Shown here piece by piece: positions 22,901 through 34,198 of a stretch of DNA of 64,000 bases. Position 1 is the first letter of the stretch. Each line of letters opens with the position of its first letter. The notes beneath the pieces were generated by a model that saw nothing but the letters and a program-made list of their open reading frames with translations, was not told the DNA's origin and ran no database searches. Made by a program: the position numbers and the translations under genes. Source of the stretch: Macrostomum lignano (Eukaryota); NCBI GenBank assembly GCA_002269645.1, contig NIVC01001502.1, positions 1-64,000 of the forward strand, read 5' to 3'.

Positions 22901-25900
22901 AGCAGCTCTAGAATATCCCTGAAGCAGCCCTAGAATCTCCCCGAAGCGACCCTAGAATCGCCTTTGAAGCAGCCCTAACAGCTCCTTGAAGCAGCCCTAG
23001 AATCGCATCTGAAGCAGCCCTAGAATCTCCCGGAAGCAGCCGTAGAATCGCCCGGAAGCAGCTCTAGAACCTCCTTGAAGCAGCCCTAGAATCACCCTGA
23101 AGCAGCTCTAGAACCTCCTTGAAGCAGCCCTAGAATCTCCCTGAAGCAGCTCTAGAACCTCCTTGAAGCAGCTCTAGAATCTCCCTGAAGCAGCTCTAGA
23201 ACCTCCTTGAAGCAGCTCTAGAACCTCCTTGAAGCAGCCCTAGAACCTCCTTGAAGCAGCTCTAGAACCTCATTGAAGCAGCCCTAGAATCTCCCTGAAG
23301 CAGCTCTAGAACCTCCTTGAAGCAGCTCTAGAACCTCCTTGAAGCAGCCCTAGAACCTCCTTGAAGCAGCCCTAGAACCTCCTTGAAGCAGCCCTAGAAC
23401 CTCCCTGATGCAGCTCTAGAACCTCCTTGAAGCAGCCCTAGAACCTCCTTGAAGCAGCCCTAGAACCTCCCTGATGCAGCTCTAGAACCTCCTTGAAGCA
23501 GCCCTAGAACCTCCTTGAAGCAGCCCTAGAACCTCCTTGAAGCAGCTCTAGAACCTCCTTGAAGCAGCCCTAGAACCTTGAATCAGCTCTAGAACCTCCT
23601 TGAAGCAGCCCTAGAATCTCCCTGAAGCAGCTCTAGAACCTCCTTGAAGCAGCCCTAGAACCTCCTTGAAGCAGCTCTAGAACCTCATTGAAGCAGCCCT
23701 AGAATCTCCCTGAAGCAGCTCTAGAACCTCCTTGAAGCAGCTCTAGAACCTCCTTGAAGCAGCCCTAGAACCTCCCTGATGCAGCTCTAGAACCTCCTTG
23801 AAGCAGCCCTAGAACCTCCCTGATGCAGCTCTAGAACCTCCTTGAAGCAGCCCTAGAACCTCCTTGAAGCAGCCCTAGAACCTCCCTGATGCAGCTCTAG
23901 AACCTCCTTGAAGCAGCCCTAGAACCTCCTTGAAGCAGCCCTAGAACCTCCTTGAAGCAGCCCTAGAACCTTGAATCAGCTCTAGAACCTCCTTGAAGCA
24001 GCCCTAGAATCTCCCTGAAGCAGCTCTAGAACCTCCTTGAAGCAGCTCTAGAACCTCCTTGAAGCAGCCCTAGAACCTCCTTGAAGCAGCTCTAGAACCT
24101 CATTGAAGCAGCCCTAGAATCTCCCTGAAGCAGCTCTAGAACCTCCTTGAAGCAGCTCTAGAACCTCCTTGAAGCAGCCCTAGAACCTCCCTGATGCAGC
24201 TCTAGAACCTCCTTGAAGCAGCCCTAGAACCTCCCTGATGCAGCTCTAGAACCTCCTTGAAGCAGCCCTAGAACCTCCTTGAAGCAGCCCTAGAACCTCC
24301 CTGATGCAGCTCTAGAACCTCCTTGAAGCAGCCCTAGAACCTCCTTGAAGCAGCCCTAGAACCTCCTTGAAGCAGCTCTAGAACCTCCTTGAAGCAGCCC
24401 TAGAACCTTGAATCAGCTCTAGAACCTCCTTGAAGCAGCCCTAGAATCTCCCTGAAGCAGCTCTAGAACCTCCTTGAAGCAGCCCTAGAACCTCCTTGAA
24501 GCAGCTCTAGAACCTCATTGAAGCAGCCCTAGAATCTCCCTGAAGCAGCTCTAGAACCTCCTTGAAGCAGCTCTAGAACCTCCTTGAAGCAGCCCTAGAA
24601 CCTCCCTGATGCAGCTCTAGAACCTCCTTGAAGCAGCCCTAGAACCTCCCTGATGCAGCTCTAGAACCTCCTTGAAGCAGCCCTATAACCTCCTTGAAGC
24701 AGCCCTAGAACCTCCCTGATGCAGCTCTAGAACCTCCTTGAAGCAGCCCTAGAACCTCCTTGAAGCAGCCCTAGAACCTCCTTGAAGCAGCCCTAGAACC
24801 TTGAATCAGCTCTAGAACCTCCTTGAAGCAGCCCTAGAATCTCCCTGAAGCAGCTCTAGAACCTCCTTGAAGCAGCTCTAGAACCTCCTTGAATCAGCCC
24901 TAGAATCTCCCTGAAGCAGCTCTAGAACCTCCTTGAAGCAGCCCTAGAATCTCCCTGAAGCAGCTCTAGAACCTCCTTGAATCAGCCCTAGAATCTCCCT
25001 GAAGCAGCTCTAGAACCTCCCTGAAGCAGCTCTAGAACCTCCTTGAATCAGCCCTAGAATCTCCCTGAAGCAGCTCTAGAACCTCCCTGAAGCAGCCCTA
25101 GAACCTCCTTGAAGCAGCCCTAGAATGGCATCTGAAGCAGCCCTAGAATCGCCCATGAAGCAGCCCTATCTATGTTATATAAACACCGATAATGAACGTA
25201 ACAACTGTTTTTTTAACTCAACAGATACCTGAGAACCATATCGGTGATTCTCTTCCTCAACAAGCAAGACTTGCTGGCCGAGAAGATTATGGCTGGAAAG
25301 TCACGACTGGAAGATTACTTTCTTGACTACAAGGACTACTGCCTGCCCACCGAGGGTGGTGAGTCGGAATGTCGGATAAACTTCAGATTTAGAGAGGATT
25401 TTTAGTATATTTGATATTAGAGATTTAGTATAGTTAGATTAGAGATTTAGTATATAGGATTGGGGAGGATTCCAGGGTGGATTAGGGAGTATCCTAGAGG
25501 CGGATTAATGAGTATTCTAGAAGAGGATTAGGCAGTATTCTAAAGGCGGATTAATGAGTATTCTAGAAGAGGATTAGGGAGTATTCTAGAGGCGGATTAA
25601 TGAGTATTCTAGAAGAGGATTAGGCAGTATTCTAGAGGCGGATTAATGAGTATCCTAGAGGCGGTTTAATGAGTATTCTAGAGGCAGATAAGTATCTCTG
25701 AGAACCATATCGGTGATTCTAGAGGCGGATTAATCAGTACTCTAGAAGAGGATTAGGGAGTATTCTAGAGGCGGTTCAAGCAAGATTTATTTTTTTTCAT
25801 TGAAAATCGTTTTTAGTGAGCAATCCAGATTCAGAAGACGCCGAAGTGCTTCGAGCAAAGTACTTTATCAGAGATCAGTTCTTGGTAAGTAAAAAAACTG

Positions 25901-26680
25901 AAATTTCACAGATCCATATTTACGGATCAATGAGCACACTTTTTCTAAGTAGAATAATTTACTAATCTAGCTGTGTACAGAGTAGTGTGTACTAATTCAA
26001 CTGTACAAATACAAGTGTACAAATCCAACAGTGTACAAATCCAAAAGTGTACAAATCCAACAGTGTACAAATCCAACAGTGTACAAATCGAGCAGTGTAC
26101 AAATCCAACAGTGTACAAATCCAACAGTGTACAAATCCAACAGTGTACAAATCCAACAGTGTACAAATCCAACAGTGTACAAATCCAACAGTGTACAAAT
26201 CCAACAGTGTACAAATCCAACAGTGTACAAATCCAACAGTGTACAAAACTAACAGTGTACAAATCCAACAGTGTACAAATCCAACAGTGTACAAATCCAA
26301 CAGTGTACAAAACTAACAGTGTACAAATCCAACAGTGTACAAATCCAACAGTGTACAAATCCAACAGTGTACAAATCCAACAGTGTACAAATCCAATAGT
26401 GTACAAATACAACAGTGTACAAATACAACAGTGTACAAAGTCAAAAGTGTACAAATCCATAATACAGTAAGCAAAAGTACAAACCGATGAGGTGTTTCAC
26501 ACACGACCGCCAATTTTGATTTGCAACACGCAGAAAGTGAGCGCAAACGATGCGGCATCGCAGCACTATTGCTATCCGCACTTCACCTGCGCTGTGGACA
26601 CGGAAAACATTCGTCGGGTGTTCAAAGACTGCCGCGACATCATCCAGCGGATGCACCTGCGCCAGTACGAACTGCTCTGA
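15931..26680 (+). CDS. GNAS: Heterotrimeric G protein alpha subunit, Gs class (375 aa, 7 exons)
   Basis: Exons 15931-16054, 18214-18286, 19428-19700, 22467-22775, 25225-25358, 25817-25884, 26534-26680 join in frame (1128 nt). Motifs: MGC N-terminus, [31 protein letters not shown] and the Gs-type C-terminus [11 protein letters not shown]. Confidence 0.97.
16958..17523. mobile_element. MITE with long imperfect TIRs built of ccattt(c/t)g subrepeats, in Gs-alpha intron 1
   Basis: About 80 bp of inverted similarity (ggtcgtttcacccataaacc...catggacatttcgcc vs rc ggttgttttgcctccaaac...catggacattttgcc). Flanks acagtgta / atagtgta form an 8-bp TSD with 1 mismatch. Confidence 0.65.
18566..19295 (-). 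mobile_element. 730-bp non-coding retroposon (SINE-like, RTE-type tail) in Gs-alpha intron 2
   Basis: Perfect 13-bp TSD gcaaaagcactga (18553-18565, 19296-19308). Minus-strand 3' tail CTAAGTCAAGTAAGTCAAG is preceded by a small stem-loop. No RT ORF. Confidence 0.7.
19738..19985. repeat. (TCTG)n microsatellite, Gs-alpha intron 3
   Basis: Visible tetranucleotide run with variants. Confidence 0.97.
20687..21525. repeat. ~30-bp minisatellite (ctcccccattgagccatggcatctcagaaa), ~28 copies
   Basis: Direct reading; 28-30 bp length variants. Confidence 0.95.
22805..25166. repeat. 22-bp satellite (gaagcagccctagaacctcctt), ~105 copies, filling Gs-alpha intron 4
   Basis: Direct reading; a 19-bp variant marks an 830-bp higher-order repeat. 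Confidence 0.97.
25485..25775. repeat. ~23-bp degenerate minisatellite (ggattagggagtattctagaggc), Gs-alpha intron 5
   Basis: Direct reading. Confidence 0.85.
25975..26470. repeat. 16-bp minisatellite (aatccaacagtgtaca), Gs-alpha intron 6
   Basis: Direct reading; the spurious ORFs show 16-aa periodicity. Confidence 0.97.
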
Positions 26681-27177
26681 GCCAGCTGTCTGCAGTGTGA
26701 CTGGCAACTCTTGCTCTACTGTGCTTGCGCTGTGTCCTAATTCTCTATAATTCTTTTTGATTGTCTTGATGTCCGACACTTTTTTAAATAGCAATATTAT
26801 TTTCATTATAACGCAATTTATCTATGCATATATAGAAGTTCTAATTATAATTATTAGATATTTTTAATAAATGTAATAATTGATTTTTCGTCTCCCTTAA
26901 CTATAAAATATTTTAGAATTTTGTTAATTTTTTTAACTATGCTTTTATTGAATTTGTTAATTACTCGTCCAGTCATGAGGTTTATCAAGCCTCGTTAATA
27001 CTCTCAACTACTGTGCCGTGTTGTTGCTGCCTCTCATCAGTCCAGTCAATATTATGAATGACTGTTTTTTGACTTCTCAATTTTCCCTTCTCTAATTTTT
27101 ATAGGAAAATTCTAATAGGACAATAATTTTTCCTATTTAGGACAAGAAGTACTTTGCAAAATGTGTATATTGGCGTG

Positions 27178-27899
27178 CTGTACACAATATGTACATTGAA
27201 GTACTGTACACAATATGTACATTGAAGTACTGTACCCAATATGTACATTGAAATGCTGCACACAATATGTACATTGAAGTACTGTACACAATATGTACAT
27301 TGAAGTACTGTACCCAATATGTACATTGAAGTACTGTACCCAATATGTACATTGAAGTATTGTACACAATATGTACATTGAAGTACTGTACACAATATGT
27401 ACATTGAAGTATTGTACAAAATATGTACATTGAAGTATTGTACAAAATATGTACATTGAAGTACTGTACCCAATATGTACATTGAAGTACTGTACCCAAT
27501 ATGTACATTGAAGTACTGTACACAATATGTACATTGAAGTATTGTACACAATATGTACATTGAAATGCTGCACACAATATGTACATTGAAGTACTGTACA
27601 CAATATGTACATTGAAGTACTGTACCCAATATGTACATTGAAGTATTGTACAAAATATGTACATTGAAGTACTGTACACAATATGTACATTGAAGTACTG
27701 TACACAATATGTACATTGAAGTACTGTACACAATATGTACATTGAAGTACTGTACCCAATATGTACATTGAAGTACTGTACCCAATATGTACATTGAAGT
27801 ACTGTACCCAATATGTACATTGATGTACTGTACCCAATATGTACATTGAAGTTCTGTACACAATATGTACATTGAAGTACTGTACCCAGTATGTACAGT
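27178..27899. repeat. 26-bp minisatellite (aatatgtacattgaagtactgtacac), ~28 copies
   Basis: Direct reading; the spurious ORFs show 26-aa periodicity. Confidence 0.97.
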
Positions 27900-28413
27900 G
27901 ATGTGATCTACGAAATATTTAGACTGGAGTATATCAATTAAAGTACAAATTGTAAGCAATTTTATTGCTTCACTGTGTACAATTCTACCTGAATCAATTG
28001 AAACTAGTTTATGATTATGCAAATCCATTACATCAGCCCTCTGACGTGACTATATTACTGCAGTTCATTTAGTTGTGCAATCCAAAATTTATATATTTTG
28101 CTTTTTCGAGATTTTATATACAACACAGCTACAAAAGTACATTGTGTACTTGTTTTTTAAAACTTATCACTTTTTTATTCTTCTATTCGCAATCCCTTGC
28201 TATTGGCAATAATACTCGCAGTCAGCTGATCTCTAGTCGCTATGAAAATCATTTATTATTATGGATATAATGCAAGTTTTCATGCACTTTTAATCCATTG
28301 TTTATCTGCACGCCTTGTGTTCTGTCTGTCTTGTCTTTGCATGCCTGTTCTGTCTGTCGTGAGTCTGGGTGGTCAGTGGCACGTGTGGTCAGTCTGGGTT
28401 AATTGTATATTCC

Positions 28414-28526
28414 CAATGATGCTGGACAATTGCCATCCTTCCTAATGATGCTGGACAATTGCCATCCTTCCCAATGATGCTGGACAATTGCAGTCCTTCC
28501 CAAATGATGCTGGACAATTGCCATCC
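28414..28526. repeat. 29-bp tandem repeat, ~4 copies (aatgatgctggacaattgccatccttccc)
   Basis: Direct reading. Confidence 0.9.
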
Positions 28527-29160
28527 TAGCTGTTAGTCAACTTGCTTCACACAAGAATATGGTTTTTCTATACATATCGTACAGGCAGAGCGCGCGCTTG
28601 CATCTGCTTCGAGTCGGTTCTGAAAGAAATATTATTTCAGTCTCTTGGTCGAATGTAATTTTTAAAACGTATTTTTTGCAATACTCTACTAACTTATCTG
28701 TTCAGTAGCGTGTATAGACTTGTATATCTGAAATTGTTTTCTGTTCTAAAAAGTTGCGGGTGTTCGAAACTTTATAAATTTAATGTAAACTTTTCATTTA
28801 TTCTCGTTTTCTGGCCTTTTTATCTTACACAAAAATTGCTATCTCGAGTCTCGTATCTGTCTGCATCTCATTGCTATCGTTTTGTTGTTTGTGTTATTTC
28901 CCGTTGTGTTTTTGCACTGCGACCTGCTGGCCTGGCAATCTCGGAATTAATAGAACAACTGATTCGTGCTTTTCTAACTTGGCTTTTTCCCTTGTTTCGC
29001 TTTTTTACAATATAATTGTTCTGATTATTGCATAGATTAATGCATATATAAATATATATACTGAGTAATGAATATTCATAGATGCAGTACATTAAAAACT
29101 ATCTGTTTTATAAGCTGTTTTGTTATTAAAAACTGTTTTATCTGCGATTCAAGCTACCGA

Positions 29161-32100
29161 GTTGATAAAAAGCCAGTCAAGCTAATAAAAAGCCAGTCAA
29201 GCTAATAAAAAGCCAGTCAAGCTGATAAAAAGCCAGTCAAGTTGATAAAAAGCCAGTCAAGTTGATAAAAAGCCAGTCAAGCTGATAAAAAGCCAGTCAA
29301 GCTAATAAAAACCCAATCAAGCTAATAAAAAGCCAGTCAGGCTGATAAAAAGCCAGTCAAGCTGATGAAAAGCCAGTCAAGCTGATAAAAAGCCAGTCAA
29401 GCTAATAAACAGCCAGTCAAGCTAATAAAAAGCCAGTCAAGCTGATAAAAAGCCAGTCAAGTTGATAAAAAGCCAGTCAAGTTGATAAAAAGCCAGTCAA
29501 GCTGATAAAAAGCCAGTCAAGCTAATAAAAACCCAATCAAGCTAATAAAAAGCCAGTCAGGCTGATAAAAAGCCAGACAAGCTGATGAAAAGCCAGTCAA
29601 GCTGATAAAAAGCCAGTCAAGCTAATAAACAGCCAGTCAAGCTAATAAAAAGCCAGTCAAGCTGATAAAAAGCCAGTCAAGCTGATAAAAAGCCAGTCAA
29701 GCTGATAAACAGCCAGTCAAGCTGATAAACAGCCAGTCAAGCTAATAAAAAGACAGTCAAGCTGATAAAAAACCAGTCAAGCTGATAAACAGCCAGTCAA
29801 GTTGATAAAAAACCAGTCAAGTTGATGAAAAGCCAGTCAAGCTAATAAAAAGCCAGTCAAGCTGATAAAAAGCCAGTCAAGCTGATAAAAAGCCAGTCAA
29901 GTTGATAAAAAGCCAGACAAGCTAATAAAAAGCCAGTCAAGCTGATAAAAAGCCAGTCAAGCTGATAAAAAGCCAGTCAAGCTGATAAAAAGCCAGTCAA
30001 GTTGATGAAAAGCCAGTCAAGCTAATAAAAAGCCAGTCAAGCTGATAAAAAGCCAGTCAAGCTAATAAAAAGCCAGTCAAGCTAATAAAAAGCCAGTCAA
30101 GCTGATAAAAAGCCAGTCAAGCTGATAAAAAGCCAGTCAAGCTGATAAACAGCCAGTCAAGCTGATAAACAGCCAGTCAAGCTAATAAAAAGACAGTCAA
30201 GCTGATAAAAAACCAGTCAAGCTGATAAACAGCCAGTCAAGTTGATAAAAAACCAGTCAAGTTGATGAAAAGCCAGTCAAGCTAATAAAAAGCCAGTCAA
30301 GCTGATAAAAAGCCAGTCAAGCTGATAAACAGCCAGTCAAGCTAATAAAAAGACAGTCAAGCTGATAAAAAACCAGTCAAGCTGATAAACAGCCAGTCAA
30401 GTTGATAAAAAACCAGTCAAGTTGATGAAAAGCCAGTCAAGCTAATAAAAAGCCAGTCAAGCTGATAAAAAGCCAGTCAAGCTGATAAAAAGCCAGTCAA
30501 GTTGATAAAAAGCCAGACAAGCTAATAAAAAGCCAGTCAAGCTGATAAAAAGCCAGTCAAGCTGATAAAAAGCCAGTCAAGCTGATAAAAAGCCAGTCAA
30601 GTTGATGAAAAGCCAGTCAAGCTAATAAAAAGCCAGTCAAGCTGATAAAAAGCCAGTCAAGCTAATAAAAAGCCAGTCAAGCTAATAAAAAGCCAGTCAA
30701 GCTGATAAAAAGCCAGTCAAGCTGATAAAAAGCCAGTCAAGCTGATAAACAGCCAGTCAAGCTGATAAACAGCCAGTCAAGCTAATAAAAAGACAGTCAA
30801 GCTGATAAAAAACCAGTCAAGCTGATAAACAGCCAGTCAAGTTGATAAAAAACCAGTCAAGTTGATGAAAAGCCAGTCAAGCTAATAAAAAGCCAGTCAA
30901 GCTGATAAAAAGCCAGTCAAGCTGATAAAAAGCCAGTCAAGTTGATGAAAAGCCAGTCAAGCTAATAAAAAGCCAGTCAAGCTGATAAAAAGCCAGTCAA
31001 GCTGATAAAAAGCCAGTCAAGTTGATAAAAAGCCAGACAAGCTAATAAAAAGCCAGTCAAGCTACTTCGCCTGTCCGGAAAGTCGTGAGAATGTGTCAGT
31101 CAAGCAAGAAAGCAGCAAGCTGATGACATGGCACACATAAAATTTCAATAATAGACTTATAGATGTCTATGGTGAAATTTCTTGTTATTCTAGCAGCAAA
31201 ATTGGGGGCAGGGGCGAGCTCAGCATAAAGTGCTCAATAACCAATGCAACGCGGTGATCAAGCTTGAAAAATCTAATAGCGAGTTCGTCAAAATGGAAGA
31301 TTTCCAGGCTTATGCCTACGCTAGATACCGTCTTGGAATCTCTGCTATTAGTTGTTATGACGAACTACTTAAAGTTTATGGAGATGCCGCACCAGGTCAG
31401 TCAACGGTTTACAGATGGTACTCAAAGTTCCGTGATGAAGCATTTCCCCTGGCCTCAGCTCCTCGGACTGGCCGGCCACGGTCAACAAGGACAACGGAAC
31501 TGATCGAAACCTGCCGAGCTCTCGTTGAAGAGGATTCAAAAGTTAGTGTCCGAGACCTCGCCGACTTTTTGGAAGTTGGTAAAACAACAGTGCACGAAAT
31601 TTTGATTGAGGATTTGCACCTTCGAAACGTTTCTGCCGTCTGGGTTCCTCATGCTCTATCCGAGGAGAACAAGACTGCTCGCATCAATTGTGCCAAGTAA
31701 ATCCGCAGGCTTTTTTACAACGAGGGGGTGGAAAACTTTTGCGACAAGTACGTGGTGGAAGATGAGACCTGAACAACACTGGCACAAAGCAAAACAACAG
31801 GTGCTGGCTTGGCCAATAGGGATCATCGGCCCCAGGTTGTCAGGCACTCGGTCGGGAATGCAGACAATGCTTCTGGTTGCTTTCACTCCAAGCAAGCGCT
31901 TCTCCATTAAATCCACAGCCCCGAAGCAAACTGTTGATGCAGATGGCATAGTTGAATTCATTCAGCACACGGGAGACCTATGCCTATGGCGTACTCTGAG
32001 GTCAAAGCCAATTCACCTGTCGGATGTTCTTTGGCAGTGGGACAATGCGCGACCTCACGTAGCTCGTTCTGTGCAGCAGTACATTGGAGTCCCGTGGAGT

Positions 32101-32753
32101 TCAGCTGGTGTTTCAGAGTCCTTACAGCCCAGACTTCAATCTGTGCGACCGTTTTTTGTTCAGTTGGATGAAGAATGATTTCTCCAGGCGAGTATTCAGC
32201 GACCACAATGAAGTTCGAGAAGCTGCGTTGCAGTGGGCAAGAGGCCTTGACGAAGATTGCTTAAAAAGAGAGGTTCAGCGACTCGTTGACCATTGCCAAG
32301 CTGTAATCAATGCAAGGGGAGATTACATTACCAACTAGTGCTGTTATCGTGTTTTCTGATAGTTCTGACTGGTTTTTTAAATACATTCTCGCGACTTTCC
32401 GGACAGCCGAAGTAATAAAAAGCCAGTCAAGCTGATAAAAAGCCAGTCAAGTTGATGAAAAGCCAGTCAAGCTAATAAAAAGCCAGTCAAGCTGATAAAA
32501 AGCCAGTCAAGCTAATAAAAAGCCAGTCAAGCTGATAAACAGCCAGTCAAGCTAATAAAAAGCCAGTCAAGCTGATGAAAAGCCAGTCAAGCTAATAAAA
32601 AGCCAGTCAAGCTGATAAAAAGCCAGACAAGCTAATAAAAAGCCAGTCAAGCTGATAAAAAGCCAGACAAGCTGATAAAAAGCCAGTCAAGCTGATGAAA
32701 AGCCAGTCAAGCTAATAAAAAGCCAGTCAAGCTGATGAAAAGCCAGTCAAGCT
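29161..32753. repeat. 20-bp satellite (agccagtcaagctgataaaa), ~112 copies, split by a mariner
   Basis: Arrays at 29161-31064 and 32413-32753; variants recur with a 600-bp period. Confidence 0.97.
31065..32412 (+). mobile_element. Full-length mariner (DD34D), transposase inactivated
   Basis: 30-bp TIRs (cttcgcctgtccggaaagtcgtgagaatgt, 2 mismatches) and TA TSD at 31063-64 and 32413-14. HTH region, VWVPHAL, DET(W to stop), WDNARPH and YSPDFNLCD with 34-residue spacing; stops and frameshifts present. Confidence 0.93.
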
Positions 32754-34198
32754 GGCAGTCAATGCTTTCTCAAGTAGAAGTACGGGAAAATACGTTTCGT
32801 TTCTTGAAAATGATTCGGAGGCAGGTTTTACCTGAAATCTACGAACAATGGAGGTTTTCAATTTTTCAGCACAAAATTTGTAGTTGCTTTCGAGGAAAGA
32901 AACTGCGAGCTGCTTTATTAATTTGTTTTTATCAGCTTGACCTGACAAAAGCAGTGTTATTGTATATTGCTAGAAGGTATAATCATTCGATCCGTAAACT
33001 AAAAGCCAAAATTCTGAACTTTACTCAATTTAGTCCCTAAGTTTGAGTGTTTTCGGCAGATGGGGTGCTTGATGGTAGGGTATAGAAAAGCGTGTTGTTT
33101 AAGTCCGGCCTTGGGAGGGCAGATGCGGTTCAGCACTGGTGCAGCTTTGTGTGTGCGCAAACAAACTCGGGGCGGGGGGTTGCTTCATCTTGAAGGTAAG
33201 ATGAGAGCGATAGAGAACCCCAGGGGTGTCTGGAGAAGTGGATGATGCGAGTTCTATTTGCCCTCCTAATGCCCTAAGGGGTTGCCTGACCGTTCTGCTC
33301 CTGCATTGTTTCTTTAACTGACCTTAGCATTCTGTGTCTATCGCTGGGTTGATGGAACTCCTTCTAGTTGGTCTATACTTTCTTTATTCTATTTTATTGA
33401 CTGCATGGCTTCGCTGCTCTTCCAGAAGTGTTTGCCTGTCCAATGCTTGCAATTGCAGCCTTATATAACTGGAACTCCTAATATTAAAAGGAAATTAATC
33501 ATTTTAAAAGCAAAACCAATATTTTATCAGAAAATTGAATTAAAATGAAAACAATAAATATCTAAAAATTGCGTACTGCTTGTAAAAGATAAAGTGACTC
33601 ATTTTTCTAGTAGAAAAACAGTAAATTGCGAGGCGTTGATGCCTGTGCACCCCCGCCCGCATGACAGCAATTTGTGAGCAGTGAAACATTTTTAGTGTAT
33701 AGGAATTAATTCTTTTACTGCAGCGCGACTCTGTATGCCAAACTAGTGGGGCCTTAGCTATGCAGATGCACGGACCTCGTCCCCTCAGCAGCCCTCCTAA
33801 CCCCTGCCGCTCTCCTGTCTTTTCTCTGTCTCTCTAGTTTAACTACACCTCTTAAACTGCATTTTGTTTAATGCGTAGCGCGCTGAAGGTGCAGCAGCAT
33901 TAGTTAAGGTGCACAGGCAATGCTATTATTGGACAATAGGACGGACTTGAAGCGGTCGCGCCACCATCCACCCCTTGTCCACTGTCCGGCACTGCTCAAA
34001 AAAGGGTCTCAACCGACTCTGTCCCGCCCCGTATTTTAGCTCATCGGCCGGGCCAATTGAAGCGCTACCTGGCGCTGTGGCTGGCCACGGCTTTATATTT
34101 AGAGAAAAATACGAGCAAATGCTTACCGAGTAGAGCGGCCACGTTGGACAGCTCACCTCGGAAGTCGTACAGTTGATCATCTTGGAAGACAAAGGAAA

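Noticed and set aside
15931-26680. Possible activating or atypical substitutions in Gs-alpha
   Set aside because: The catalytic Arg (RCRVLT) and Gln (DVGGQ) and the other G-box motifs are canonical.
19701-28028. Repetitive ORFs at 19701-21475, 25945-26558 and 27099-28028
   Set aside because: Translations of intronic or downstream micro- and minisatellites.
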